The notes beneath the pieces are model-generated. The model worked only from the letters and a program-made list of their open reading frames with translations. It searched no databases and was not told the origin of the DNA. A DNA stretch of 64,000 nucleotides from Klebsormidium nitens (Eukaryota > Plantae > Klebsormidiophyceae), in the NCBI GenBank assembly GCA_000708835.1, contig DF236986.1, positions 186,001 through 250,000 on the forward strand. Reading direction: 5' to 3'. Within the stretch, counting starts at the first letter, position 1. Each line of letters opens with the position of its first letter. This document shows, in pieces, positions 37,501 through 49,662 of the stretch. The translations under genes and the position numbers were made by a program.

Positions 37501-38592
37501 GTGACGAAAGATCTGCAGGTGTCCAACTTGCACATCTTATCAGAAGACCGGTTTTCCTGTGTTTGAAAAGCAGGTAACATCCCAGCTGTAGTCTCATTAG
37601 TGTCACCTGCCTAGCAGAAGATCTGCAGACAATTCAGACTTTGTGGTGATGATCTTTTTTAGGAGCAGTGCGTGAAGATCTCTCTGGTGCTGGAGCGCTC
37701 GCAGCTCACTTTACCTGTTGTAGAATGATAGACTCTCGGGGGTGGGCTAAACGGAATTGCTAATCGCGGGGGGGCTGATGGCTCGCACCATCTGTCCTGA
37801 TGAGATCTGGATTTCGACTGAATATAACCTGCCAAAAAATAATTACCCGGTGCGGGATTGAGTGGTGTGACGGCTGGCACCAGCCCGAGGTGATTCAGGG
37901 TTCGCACTTCCTGGAGCGGAGCGTTGTCCACCATGGTGTCAAAAAGGTGAGTTCCTACACACTTTCGCGCGATTGGCACTGACTATTCTGTTCCACCGCC
38001 ACCGATCATCAGATATGGCTTTTCGCAAAGCACCAATCAATGTGCGCCACCTTAAGAAGTTGTCATGGCAGGTTTTGAAAGTTTGTTTTGCATTCAAAAG
38101 TTGCATTCTGCTAAGGCGGCACATTGATTGGTGCTTTGCAAATAGCCACATCTGATGATCGGTGGTGGTGGAACAGAATAGTCAGTGCCAGTTGCCCCAA
38201 GCGATGAAAGCAAAGCCAGAAGCAGACCACAACAGACAGCAGGCAGAAACCAAGGCGCCCACAAGTAAGATTTTACACCACCTCACCTCCATCGTCCGGT
38301 TGTTTATGAAGTGTGCCTGCGGGTGCGTCGTGGGGTGCAGCCTTTTCTCCACCAGCAGCGATCTAACGCCTAGGTTTGAGAGCAGAATCGAAAGGGAGAG
38401 CCCCACGGGCCCCCCGCCCACTATCAACACATCTGTGTCGACTTTTCGGGGGTGCCCGCTGGCAGGCAAATTTGAGGGGGGGGAAGTGGCCAAGAATGAA
38501 GGTGAGCTGGTGAAGGATCTTCTAGCGTGTGAGGGCCTCCCCCAATGCAGGGCGCCCGTGAGAAGCTTTCTCATTGCAACGGTGGCGGACAT
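31565..38592 (-). CDS. Flavin-dependent aromatic-ring monooxygenase (FAD_binding_3, PheA/TfdB type), probably the CoqF/At1g24340 (EMB2421) family; start at 38592 or 38574
   Basis: DVLIVGGGPVG (Rossmann), HPQAHFINNRTME, FLIAADGASS (DG motif), [32 protein letters not shown] (GD motif), C-terminal LLVRPDGHIAWR. The Arg/Ser-rich, acid-free N-terminus resembles a mitochondrial presequence. The family call is firm; CoqF orthology is inference. Confidence 0.88.
33290..33790 (-). repeat. About four tandem acceptor-side echoes (~140-bp period) of a monooxygenase exon start
   Basis: The live cccag|GTTACTTCTCCGGACCCTCAACCGCCCGCC... near 33228 is repeated with decay upstream in the intron. Confidence 0.88.
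34291..35265 (-). repeat. Acceptor-side echoes in two further monooxygenase introns (34291-34350, one copy; 34960-35265, about four copies)
   Basis: ttttccgcag|ATCGCAGAGGCGAACACGG is duplicated; gcag|GAATGAACACCGGAATCCAGGACGC is repeated about four times. Confidence 0.85.
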
Positions 38593-40323
38593 AGAGAGAT
38601 TGACAGGTGGCAGGCTCGAGGACAAAAGAAGTGCCAGGTGGCAGGCGCAATGCTGCCAGCTCAGAGTGGAAAACTGATTGCTTGATATATAGATAGATGC
38701 AAAATCAAATCAGACTCTTCGATTCGTAGGCGGCGCAGATTGTTGCAGACCAGCCCGCCAAATCAACCGAGGCGTAGAAACTTCCGCAGCGCTTGAGCGT
38801 CCCGTAGCTTATCAGCTCGTGGCAGAGTGCCTCTGAGCTTCTACTTTCATGGCCCAGATTATGATGCACCAATCATTTCACATGACTCTGAGCACGCCAA
38901 GCAATAAAGATTAAATGTTTGACCAGCAGAGCTCGCGATCTGCTAGTGCCTTCGCGCGAGCCAACCACTGCATGTGTAGCTTGTTGATAATGGTGTACTA
39001 ATTGTGCGGTAACGATAATGCAGCTACGCGCGCGAGCTGACTGCTGCGTGGCCTGGTTTTGGGTCGTCCGATGAAGATGCGTAGGATTCTTAACCGCCGA
39101 TAAACCAACGATTCTTTGTTCCGTTAGCATGCGTGGATTGATAATAGGAAGCTGTCAAGGCACGCCGAGGCTGACTCCTGCGGCAGTAAGCGGAACACAG
39201 TTGCAACTTCCGCCGTACATTTAGCAAGCCGTCCCTGTCCTCATTCCGCGTCACGACTAATGAGTCTCTGATGAGTAGACCGCTTGTTCACTGACGAGCC
39301 GCAAACCCTAACCCTATACCGTGGCACCTTAGCTCAAGTCTCAGCTCCAGTCTGCCAACCCGCGGCTCAAGGTTTGCGATATTTGTGCACTTTTTAGGGC
39401 AGACTAAGCCGTACATCAAAACAGTCCAAGCGCCTAGCCAATCAGGGAGCGCAGCTTCAGATAAAGCTCGGATCCGCATGCGCAAAACTGCGCGCGGATT
39501 TGTCCACTTGCTCTTAAGAGCGTCTGCATTTACTCCATCACGTGAGCACTGAAGGAAACGCTGTCACCAGCGGTAAAAGCAAAGCTGGATATGGGGCCAT
39601 CGGATAGATCAAGTGAAGTCATTTCTCTTGCCATCATTGCAAGCCAGATACCTACTGGTTGTACAAAATTGCTAATTAAGCAGGTTGGCTGAAGCTCAAT
39701 AGGTTTTCAATACGGGTGTCTGAGAGATTGGTCATGGGAAGTACATCCTATACACCTCGGCATGTAGGGTCAGAATACATGGCACTTGTGAATATCTGAT
39801 AGGTACTTACAGACGTTCCAATGCGTACTGATACCTTAATATCGACATTTCATGGCTAGACGAAGGAGCCTGATCAAGCTCTTCCGAAGCTAGTACAACA
39901 CTACCTACGAGCTCTGTTAGCCTTATCGAAGTGTTTTGCAAAGAGCGAACTACCGAAGTAACGGAGGACGTAGGTACACAAGTTGTGCGCCGGCCGTTGC
40001 GCTTCCGCGTGTCGACACCGAGATGGATAACCTTAGCTTTGTCAGCGGCCCCGGGTTCTCAGGATCAAGCTGCTAAGCTCGCCAGCGTCCTGAGTTCTAC
40101 CTAGCACCTGACTCTGGAAAAGATATCTCCGACCTAGGCTGCACCTGGCCCCAGCTCCGCTGGATTTGTCTCGCTTTCCCCCCGTCTCCCCCTTCATTTC
40201 TCATGACACTTTCATCGGTCGACGCTTCTTGACCTTGGCAGGAGCCGCAAGGGGAAGCCGCCAGGGCTTGCTCCCTTTTCTCTCCGTCCCGCCGCTCGGC
40301 GCGTGACATCAGCATCAGCAGCC

Positions 40324-43300
40324 ATGACGGTCGACGCGCACTCCACGGTTGACGCGCACTCGACGGTCACGGACAGTCACTCGGCCGGGAACGGGACCGA
40401 GTCATGCTACGTGGCTGATTTCCTTGGGATGCACCATGAGTCGCACGAGGGCGCGCTTTACTCGGTGTACAAGTCGCTCGAGTGGGGCTGCTTCCTGATC
40501 TCCATCGGGCTGTTTGTCTTCTACCTGCAGCAGTACCGCAAGAAGACGGCCGGATGGGAGGGTGAGGGAGCGCAGTGTGGCTGTGCAGTGTTTGTGAAAA
40601 AGCTGTCTTAAGTTTGCAGAATGGCTGTCTTATGTTTGCAGAGTGGCTCTCTTGTTCCGATCTTTGTCTTGTGAGCGACTCTGGTTTGCCATCCACTTTG
40701 TCATGGGTGACCCGTTTTCTTTAATGATTGCTGGATTGGGGACTGGGCATATCTGGTGAGCAATGCATTGTGGGGCGATCCTGATTTGCGTGTTAACCGT
40801 CCGGATCAGTCCTAGTCTTCTGAATGATCTATCTTACTAGGCAAATGCGAGTAGGATCAATGCATGTCCTATGAGCAATTTGTTCATGGGCGAGTCTCGT
40901 TGGTAGACAATTCTGGCCTGTGAACAGCGTCTGGCGTTAGAAAATTATGGCATTTAAGCAATTGAGTCTCTTGGATATCAGTCAAGTAGATCTGTGGGTG
41001 CATCCACGTTATAGTAGGCAATGGACGAAATCAGAATTTGGTTTCACAAAAGATGAGTAATCACGGTAGAAGGTCTAGGTAAGGAGGAATGTGCAAGTGG
41101 GAAGCAGACTCCCTAGGCAAAGGAAGGAGTCAAGCGTTGCTGCGACAATGATTCACCCGCTTCTGAAAGAATCTTGTGTATACTATGACTAAGTACAAGT
41201 GTGACATCCTTCATGGGTGGAATTGATTGGTGTCATTTAGGGTGGATGGTTTAATTGCAATCATGCCTTTGGAAGTGAGCACTTCTGGTAGAGCTTCCTT
41301 ACAACGGCGTTGAAGAGCATAGGGTCCAGAGTAACTTTCCTTTCTCCTCCTCTTTGCTTCCTGGTAGCGTTTGACGTGCTTTACCCGTGTGTGGTCAGAA
41401 CAATTTTAGGTTTGCATGTCATCCAAGTACAAGTTAAGTCGCTAACCGGAGCTCGGGCTCACCTACATTCATAAAGTTTTTCATTTACAAATGAGTTGCT
41501 AACCTGTGCTGACCCCGTTTCTCACAGTTATCTACATCGCCTTCATCGAGTCGTTCAAGTACATTTTCGAGATCTTTTGGCCCCACAACAATCCCGCGCA
41601 GCTGAACATCTATGGCGTCAACAAGAGCGTCCCATGGGTTCGCTACATGGAGTGGATGATTACCTGCCCTGGTGAGCTTCGTAACCCCTGGTTTGGCTAA
41701 TAAACCCTTGTTAGGTAGTCATTCCTTACCTGTCCTGGTGAGCTTCGTAACCCCTTATATGGCTGGTAAACCCTGGTTAGATTATTGTTTCTTACGTGCC
41801 ATTGTGAGCTTCGCAACCCCTTGTATGGCTGGTAAACGCTGGTTAGATATTTTTTTTTTACCTGCCATTGTGAGCTTCGTAACCCTGGTTCAGCTGGTAA
41901 ACCCTGGTTAGAACTGCGTGTAAACTGGTTGGACCTATCAATCCGTCGAATACCAGCTTATCTGTCCCCGTGATTACCAGGTCGGACCCTGGTTAAGGTT
42001 TCGCGACTTTTCTGCTCAACCTCGAATCTGCGGATCTAGTTGTGTGCGAAGCTCGATAAGCTCCTTACCGAACTGTTGAGCAGCTCGAGAGCTGGCCGTT
42101 TGATTGTAAGCTTGTGGTTACCTCGCAACCTCCTTCAAGCAGAAATCAGAATGATTGACAATCCGAAAGAAAGACGGGCCTCAGCTTCGTTTCACATCCA
42201 CGTTGCCTGACCCCATTCACACCGCCTCCCCGCAGTGATCCTGATGGCGCTGTCCAACATATCGGGAGAGGAAGGTGAATACACTCACAGATCGATGCAG
42301 CTGCTGGCGACTGATCAGGGCGCCATTCTGTGCGCAATCACCGCGGCCGCGTCCGAGGGCGCGATCTCCGCCGTCTTCTATGCGATTGGCGTCTGCTACG
42401 GCATCTGCACCTTCTACTTCTGCCTCCAGGTGCGGCCCCGCCTGGTTTTCGATTCAAACCCCCAGATCCTGCAAGTTCTCTGTGGAATTGACCGAAGTGT
42501 TTGTCTCAACCCTGATCCAAAGGCGTCCTGTTCGGAGGACTTTGCTCGAGTCGATTCGAGAAGGATACGAAAGCGTTTCGCGGAAAGAGAACGCGTCTCC
42601 ATATCTTGCGCACTCTGTAACCGTTCTAATTGATTGTTCCTCTCGATCGGGTCCTTTTGATGTTTCTCTTTGTTATTTCGAAGTTGACTAGAAACACTAG
42701 TGCAACAGCTGATGAGACCTCAGCCTGAAGACCTTCGGAACATTCCAAAGCCAACCTTTTCCAAAATGCGTTCGCCAACCACAACCTCCTCGCCCGTTCG
42801 CTGACGCGTCGCTGACGTCACCCGCAGATCTGCATCGAGCCGTACTTCGCGCTCCCCGAGACGTGCGTACCCAAAAGTCCTTTACAGTCCGACTCTATGT
42901 CATAACAATATCTGCACGAGCTTCCCATCTTCCTCGCCCGATCGCTGACGCGTCGCTGACGTCACCCGCAGATTTACATCGAGGCCTACTTCACGCTCCC
43001 CGAGACGTGCCACAGTGCCGTCAAGTGGATGGCCGTCATCTTCTACGCGGGGTGGCTGTGCTACCCCTGCTTCTTCCTCGCCGGCAGCGAGGGCTGGGGC
43101 AACCTCTCCTACGAAGGCTCTGCTATTGGCCACTGTATCGCCGACCTGCTGTCCAAGGTTAGAACTAGACCGGGCGCTTTCTCCTTTTCAGTGTTTGTAC
43201 GTTTCAGCTCAAACGGTCGCGGAGGAAGGGGCAAGGTCTCCTACGAAGGCTCCGCCATTGGTCTCTGTATCGCTGACCTGCTCGGAATTCGGCCGGGGCA

Positions 43301-46300
43301 ATTATCCGGGCCCCTACTACAGCTTGGATCACCGGTCGGGTCACGTCCAGGCTTGGGTCAAGTTAGGCGCATAGCTTATCCTCCAAGAGCCCCTTCACTC
43401 TTACCCGGCCTGTTGCACCCCGGCGCGTAAATGGTGCTTCGATATCCCCTCGCAAGTTACGTACTTCCACTTGGGACCCCCCACGGCTCACCTGGCGGAT
43501 TTTGCTCCCCCCTCCTTACGAACGCGCGGCGCGTATCGACTTCCCCCTTCCTCCATCTTTTCATTTTCTCGGCACCCACTTCTAGCTTCCATGTTTTCGT
43601 TCCCGCAAACTCCCCCCCCCCGCCGCTTACCCGGCTCGTTGCGTCCCCCCTTCGCAGAACGCCTAAGGCGTAATGCACTCGTGCTTTTACATCTCAATCC
43701 TTGGTTGCAATTCCATTTTCTCTCCCTATCAAGAACTGCTTACTTCCGAAACACCCCCCCCGCTCACCCGGCTCTTTTTGCCCCCCCTCCGTAGAACGCG
43801 TGGGGCGTGATGCACTGGTGGATCCGGTGCCAGCTGGAGGAGTACAAGCACACGCACAACGGGCAGCTGCCCCACTACTCCCTGGAGACGCGCGCCAAGA
43901 TGCGCGCGGAGGCGGGCCACATCATCGCGGGATCCCTCGGGTCCGTACTGCACGTGGCAGGCCACCAGCACCACCACTTCCACTTCGACGAGGACAGCGG
44001 CATGCAGGGCGCGCAGGTGGGTTTAGCTTTGAACTTATCAGGGTTAAGGGCTTATGCTTTTGGGTCTATGAGATCAAAGGTTTGGGTTAACGCCACTTCC
44101 GCTTCGATGAGGATACTGGCTTGCAGGGCGCGCAGGTGGTTCTCTTTTTCTAAGTTATAGGCTTGGGGTTTTGGTGGTTCTCATGTTGGCTTCGTTACCG
44201 CCACTTTCTCTTCGAGAACACCGACATGGGTTGTGAGGCCTTATACTATTTTCAAAAAGGCTACTGGGATTTATACGAGGGTTTGTGTCTTTAAAGCATC
44301 GCAACTCCGACTCTTACCGCCAGATTTGATCCTTGGAGGTCGTAACGTCCATTGTAAAAGTAAACTGTACCGTTACGCGTGATGCATCTTGGGCTGTTCT
44401 CATTCTTTCTCCCAAGGCCGGCCCCACAATACAGAGCGCCGCAAATCCATATCCACCCCCCTCAAACATCGCGTCTCAACCACCCCCTTCTCGTTGTTTC
44501 AGGTCCAGGGCCAGCCCCTGGCTCAGGCCAACGAGGGCGCCAACTCGAAAGCTTCTCTCCTTAACGGAAAGGCAGTGCAATCTCAACCGTTTTCCCCCCC
44601 TGAAAAGGTCTCGGACACAACCCCCCCTTTCCGCTTTTCCAGATTCAGGGCCAGCCCTTGGCTCAGGCCAACGAGCGCGCCAACCTGAAGGCGTCTCTCC
44701 TCAACGGAAACGCCGTCAACTACAACCAGGCCGTTCAGGCTCAGCCCCAGGCGTTCCAGATCCAGTCCGGCGAGGACGGTTACGTCATCTCCATGAACCA
44801 GGGCGAGTCGTCCGCGAGCGGGTCGCGCAGGACCACCCAGAACATGTGAGCCCGGCTGACGTCACGCTGACGCGGCGTTGCAAAGCTGCGCTTTACTTTG
44901 AATTTTTGAAGGCAGGAAAATTGAAGTCGAGAATGGGTAAAGGTCTCGGGTCCGCGCTTTAAAGAGTAGCGACGTGCTTCTGAGTATCTGTCTTCTTGCC
45001 CCTCCCTATAGTTTCCCGCCTCGACTCCCTGGTTCCATCCCGTGAGTCCTTTTGTAATGTAACACCCTACCAAAAAAAGTAACGGAAAAATTTCTCCTCC
45101 AACAATCCTCCTCGTAGTCTCACACTCTCCCCCCACCAAAAGCAATATTTGAATACGCCCTTTCCACCCCCCCCTCCCTCGCAGCGAGGGCCCCAAGAAG
45201 GACCCCGTCGCGTCCGCCTTCTTCGTCCCTTTTCTTTGCCCTTAATGTCACCTCCTCCCCCCCCTCTGAAAGCACAATTCTAAATCTCTTCACCCCCCCC
45301 TTCTCGCAGCGAGGGCCCCAAGAAGGACCCCGTCGCGTCCGCCTTCTCCAAGGCGCTCGGCAGCATGAAGAGCAAGGTCACGGAGCACTTCACGAAGGAC
45401 CTCCCCCCCTCCGCGCGCCCCGACTCGCCCTCCCGCCGCGGCTCCGCGCGCGGGGGCGCCGACGCGCCGACCGCGCAGCCGCAGCAGAGCATGAAGATCG
45501 ACCTCAGGGATTTGGCGAACAACCCGCAGCTGCAGCAGCAGCTGAGCATGATGCTCAAGGGACAGATGGCAGGTCAGGATAACACCCTTTCTTAACCCAC
45601 CTTAAATTCGATCGGTTTGAAGGTGGTTACGCTCTGAAGACTGACCTCAAGGATCTGGCCAACAACCCGCAGCTGCAGCAGCAGCTGAGCATGATGCTCA
45701 AGGGACAGATGGGTGCAGGTGGGCATTGAATGGTGTTACATTTCCTCATTATGCACGATTAATGGGTTCTTGCGTTAAAGGGCTCTACTTCTTTGGACGG
45801 TTGGAATTTTCGCCAAGGACAGATGCACGCCCGTGAGGCCAGAGTATACAATATAAGTATCATAATCTCTCAATAAGATTGGCTTCGTACGACGCAACTC
45901 GCTCACTGGGAGATTAGTATATCTTAGAGGTCCAAGAGAAGACCATAATTGACGTCACATTTGGCTACCTGGATGTAGAAGCGGCATCGAAGGCAGCCCG
46001 TAGTGGGCCTCCATTCAAGCCGACTGTAAGATAGATAACGCAGCCAAGAAACGTCCTCAATCCACGCCTCGAAAAGTGGACTGCTTTCAATCCCTTGTTT
46101 ACGTATCTCCAATCTCAATTCAATCCTTGTCTAAATCCTTTCTAAATCCTGCCCTTCTTCTCCAGGCAACTCCAACACCAACCAGGGCAGCAACAACGGC
46201 AGCCCGCGCGCGCGCCCCGTCTCCGAGGAGCTCGCGCAGCCCGCGCGCCTCCAGAAGGCCCAGAGCGCGCGCGCGACCAGCAACCTCGACGACGAGATTG

Positions 46301-48163
46301 AGGAGCAGGCGCCCGCGCAGATGAGCCGCCGCCCCAGCGCGCGCGTACCGCGCGCGACCGCCGCCGCCGACGAGGAGCAGGCGCCCGCGAGGACCCTGTC
46401 GCGCAAGATCAGCCGCGGGGATGGAGGTGAGAAGCGAGGCGCCATCGCGTTTCAGGAAATCTATTATTTGCAATGTGTTTCCTTCTCTGTACTTGAATCA
46501 TTTTCTTAACAGAGTCCTGCTTGAAGGCTTTCTTATGGTGTAGATATCGTGGGCGTTCGATACGGTAGGTGCATTATTGTGAGACTCTCGTGTGTTCGAA
46601 ACGATCACGAACTTGCCGTTTGCAAGGCGTTCTTCTCCAAGATCCTCTCCTTGCTTGTCAAGAAAGGATTTGAGAATCCACTGTACTTTTCGAGTCCGTT
46701 CAGCAGTATCCGACACCGCACAGAAGTCCAAACTACCACATCCATTGACACGGTCCCGTTTCCATTTCTCAGGTGAGCCCGTGAGTGAGGAGCGCCTGCA
46801 GAAGCGCCCCAGCTACCGCGCCGCGAAGGCGGCCGCGGAGGCCGCCGACGAAGACATGACCGACGCGCCGGCGCCCGCGCTCGCGCGCCGCCCCAGCGCG
46901 CGCGCGCCCGCCGCCGACGCCGACGAGGAGACCGCGCCGGTACGCACCGCTTCTCTGAGGCGCGCCGGGTCCAAGAGCCCAGGGAACAGCCTGCCTTCCA
47001 GCCCCAGCCGCAGGGTTAGCAGGGCTAACTCGCTGAGGGCCCCGGTTAGCGCCTCGGTGCTGCTGTGCGACGCGGACGGCGACATGGGCGACTTCTTCCT
47101 GGACCAGTTCGCGGCCGTGCCCAACTCCAAGTGCAGCGTCAAGGTGAGGGTTCAGGGTTTTCCAGCTTCATGTTTAAGGGTTTTGGTTTTAGGGTTTCAA
47201 AGCTATCAACGTAGAGAGCTTCCTTGAGCAGCTTTTCAATCGGCTACTGTCCAAAGACGTAGATCTTTTGCTGCTTCTGACTGAACTGCGAAGCCCCTTC
47301 AACGTAACACAAAGACGTTGATTCCAGTCAAATGTCCGTTCTGGAACGTTCAAAGCCTCGAGTCACTTCCTCGCAACTAGCAAGCAAAGGGATTGCTGCT
47401 GCAATGAAGCATCTGCAACTCGTTCCGTCAAACCGACTACGTTGGAAGCTGCACAATCGCTCCCCCCACTAAAATCCAAACCCCGCGCGCGCAGGTTGTC
47501 GCCACCCCCGACGAGCTGATCGACGCGCTCGCGACCGGGCGCGCGTACGACTTCGTGATGGTGCCCAAGGGCGTCATCACCAGCGACCCCGAGATCAGCG
47601 AGGAGATCCGCGCGCACGCGCAGACGCCGCTCGTCGCGTTCGGGCCCGCGCTCGAGGGCATGGCCGTTGCGGAGGTCAAGGCGCACATGTTCGAGCTTGG
47701 TGAGCGCGCGCGCTTTCCCATACTGCTCCAAAATAATGGGGAAGAGACGAGCGAACTATATTCTGTGTAGCCGAGAGCTCTCTGTCTACTGATGGTCTAC
47801 TAGATCCACCCGATTGAGTCTCATTTACATGAGCGAGTCGACGAAGAAGGAGCTTGCGACCTTCGAATCAAGAGATGCAACTCGATTACCTGTACCTCTT
47901 CACAAAGACTCAGAGTGACTGAGCCGATTGATTTCGCCCAACGACGCTGCAAGCGCATGACCAACTTGCAGAAGCCTGCCCCCTCTGCCAGATCAAAGGG
48001 TCGCCGCCCTCCGTTCTCCCGATCCCCGAGACTGACCGGTTCTTCCCCCCGTGCAGATGTGGACGATTACATTGGGCTGCCCAAGAGGGGCCAGGAGTAC
48101 CCGGTGGAAGACTTGGAGGCCCTGGTGTGGAAGTACAAGAAGGTGGCTGACGACAGCAACTAG
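40324..48163 (+). CDS. ChR: Cation channelrhodopsin with long cytoplasmic tail and C-terminal receiver-like domain (797 aa by my model, 11 exons); likely KnChR
   Basis: Exons 40324-40561, 41528-41671, 42236-42429, 42972-43157, 43795-44016, 44643-44845, 45310-45572, 46166-46426, 46773-47143, 47495-47699 and 48057-48163 sum to 2394 nt in frame. Motifs AGWEVIYIAFIESFKYIFE, PWVRYMEWMITCPVIL, LATDQG and IADLLSKNAWG (retinal Lys). Confidence 0.97.
41661..45722 (+). repeat. Splice-junction echoes in channelrhodopsin introns 2-7 (eight sites)
   Basis: 41725-41912 (donor x3), 42800-42866, 43230-43283, 43395-43680, 44103-44140, 44491-44577, 45170-45222, 45642-45722. Confidence 0.88.
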
Positions 48164-49662
48164 AGGGTGACGCCAGCGTCCTCTCTCCGGGGAACCAGGA
48201 CCGGGACCGGAACCGGGGCCGGGACCGGCCCCCGACAGAGATCAAGCCTAGGAGTTGGATTGGCATTCATTTGTTTACAGGAGCATGGGCGGATTCGGCA
48301 GTGGACAGCCAGAAACTTGAGAGCGACAACGTCGGGGCTCCGCGCGTTTTGCGCGCGAGCGGAACCTGACGTCAGAGCTTCGACCGTAGTGCATAGGGAT
48401 CCCCCAGAGCGGCGGGGTTTAGGGGTTTAGGGGCGAAGCCTCTGGACCCCGCGGCCGCGCCGCTCGTCAACACGAAGCAGATTGTTCGGAGACGCAACCC
48501 GACCGCTTCGCCGCGCCCGACTCACATTTTTATGTAGCGCAGGTTTTAGATAAATACGCAGGGATGAGATATATATTAGTTAAGCGCTTTTCGGATGACT
48601 TGCGAACTATTTGCAAGCTCCAAAACAATGCCAAAGAGCTGAGCTTCAGCGTTGGCGGCAGAGGAACCGAAGGACCTAGCAAGCTTTGCTTCAGGTAGGG
48701 TTTTGTGTGTGCAAAGCAGAGCAACCGAGATCTTTGAAAAGGGGGTCGAGGGCTCTCGATCTATCAAAACATCCGTGGCACGGTGCTTCAACGGCTTTTC
48801 AATTGATTTTAAAGAGCATGACTGATGAAACAAAAGCATTACCATGACTCACGTGTCAAGCCGATTGCATGAACAGCACAATTCCTTTCCGTGCCTTCTT
48901 CCACATGTGACTTCATTGCTCATGCAAGCATCTGGTGATTCGGCTGGAATTGCAACGGCAATGATGTAGCGTCGCATGCCTTTCCCGATAGTTCCTGCTC
49001 TTTGCAACGACGGAGCGGTTGAACAGGCGGCTTTCAGATGGACTCGAGCCTGCTCAACTAGCTTGTGCTTGCGCGCTTTGCAATCTCAATTCCATTGCAT
49101 TCCGGCTCTTGCGCGGTTAGCCGGGCGAAGCAATGAATGTATCGCGTCCTAGGGGCCCTCGGGGCTAATTGGTTGGGCGGAGTGACAACCGGAACTAGAT
49201 ATGAAAGGTTTGCATCGGAACATGGATACACACCGCGGGTATGCCGCTTTCACTATGCACTTGCTGACAAATTAGATTACTTATACATTGCTTATAGGCG
49301 CCAGGAACGTGCATACACGAGGCAGTCTTCAGGGCCCCCAAATTCTAGAGGCTGGCTCGAACACTCCTAAAAGATCGCCGGAATCTCCTGAAGCTAAGAT
49401 AGCGCCCATTATTCAGGCTCATTGGTTTCTTTCGAACGGATCAAGTGCAAGCTTCCGAATCGTTTTTGTGTCAAAAGCTAGTTCTTGTGCTTTCGTAAAA
49501 GTGCATTCACTTAAACCTCTGCTGCGATTTCTAACCACCGAAGTTCCTTGAAAAACGGGTGACGTTAGGAGTCTGTGATTAGGTACAAACCCTTGCTTTG
49601 ATCCATGAGACCATAGCAGGTTCCTTATGAAAAACCGTGAAAAAGAGAGAAGACATCCTAGC

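Noticed and set aside
38592-40324. Functional link between the divergent monooxygenase and channelrhodopsin genes (e.g. chromophore supply)
   Set aside because: The enzyme is a flavin aromatic hydroxylase, not a Blh/Brp or carotenoid oxygenase; adjacency alone is no evidence.
48415-48433. Telomere-like TTTAGGGG x2 (and scattered AAACCCTA motifs)
   Set aside because: Too short to call an interstitial telomere or a functional telo-box.
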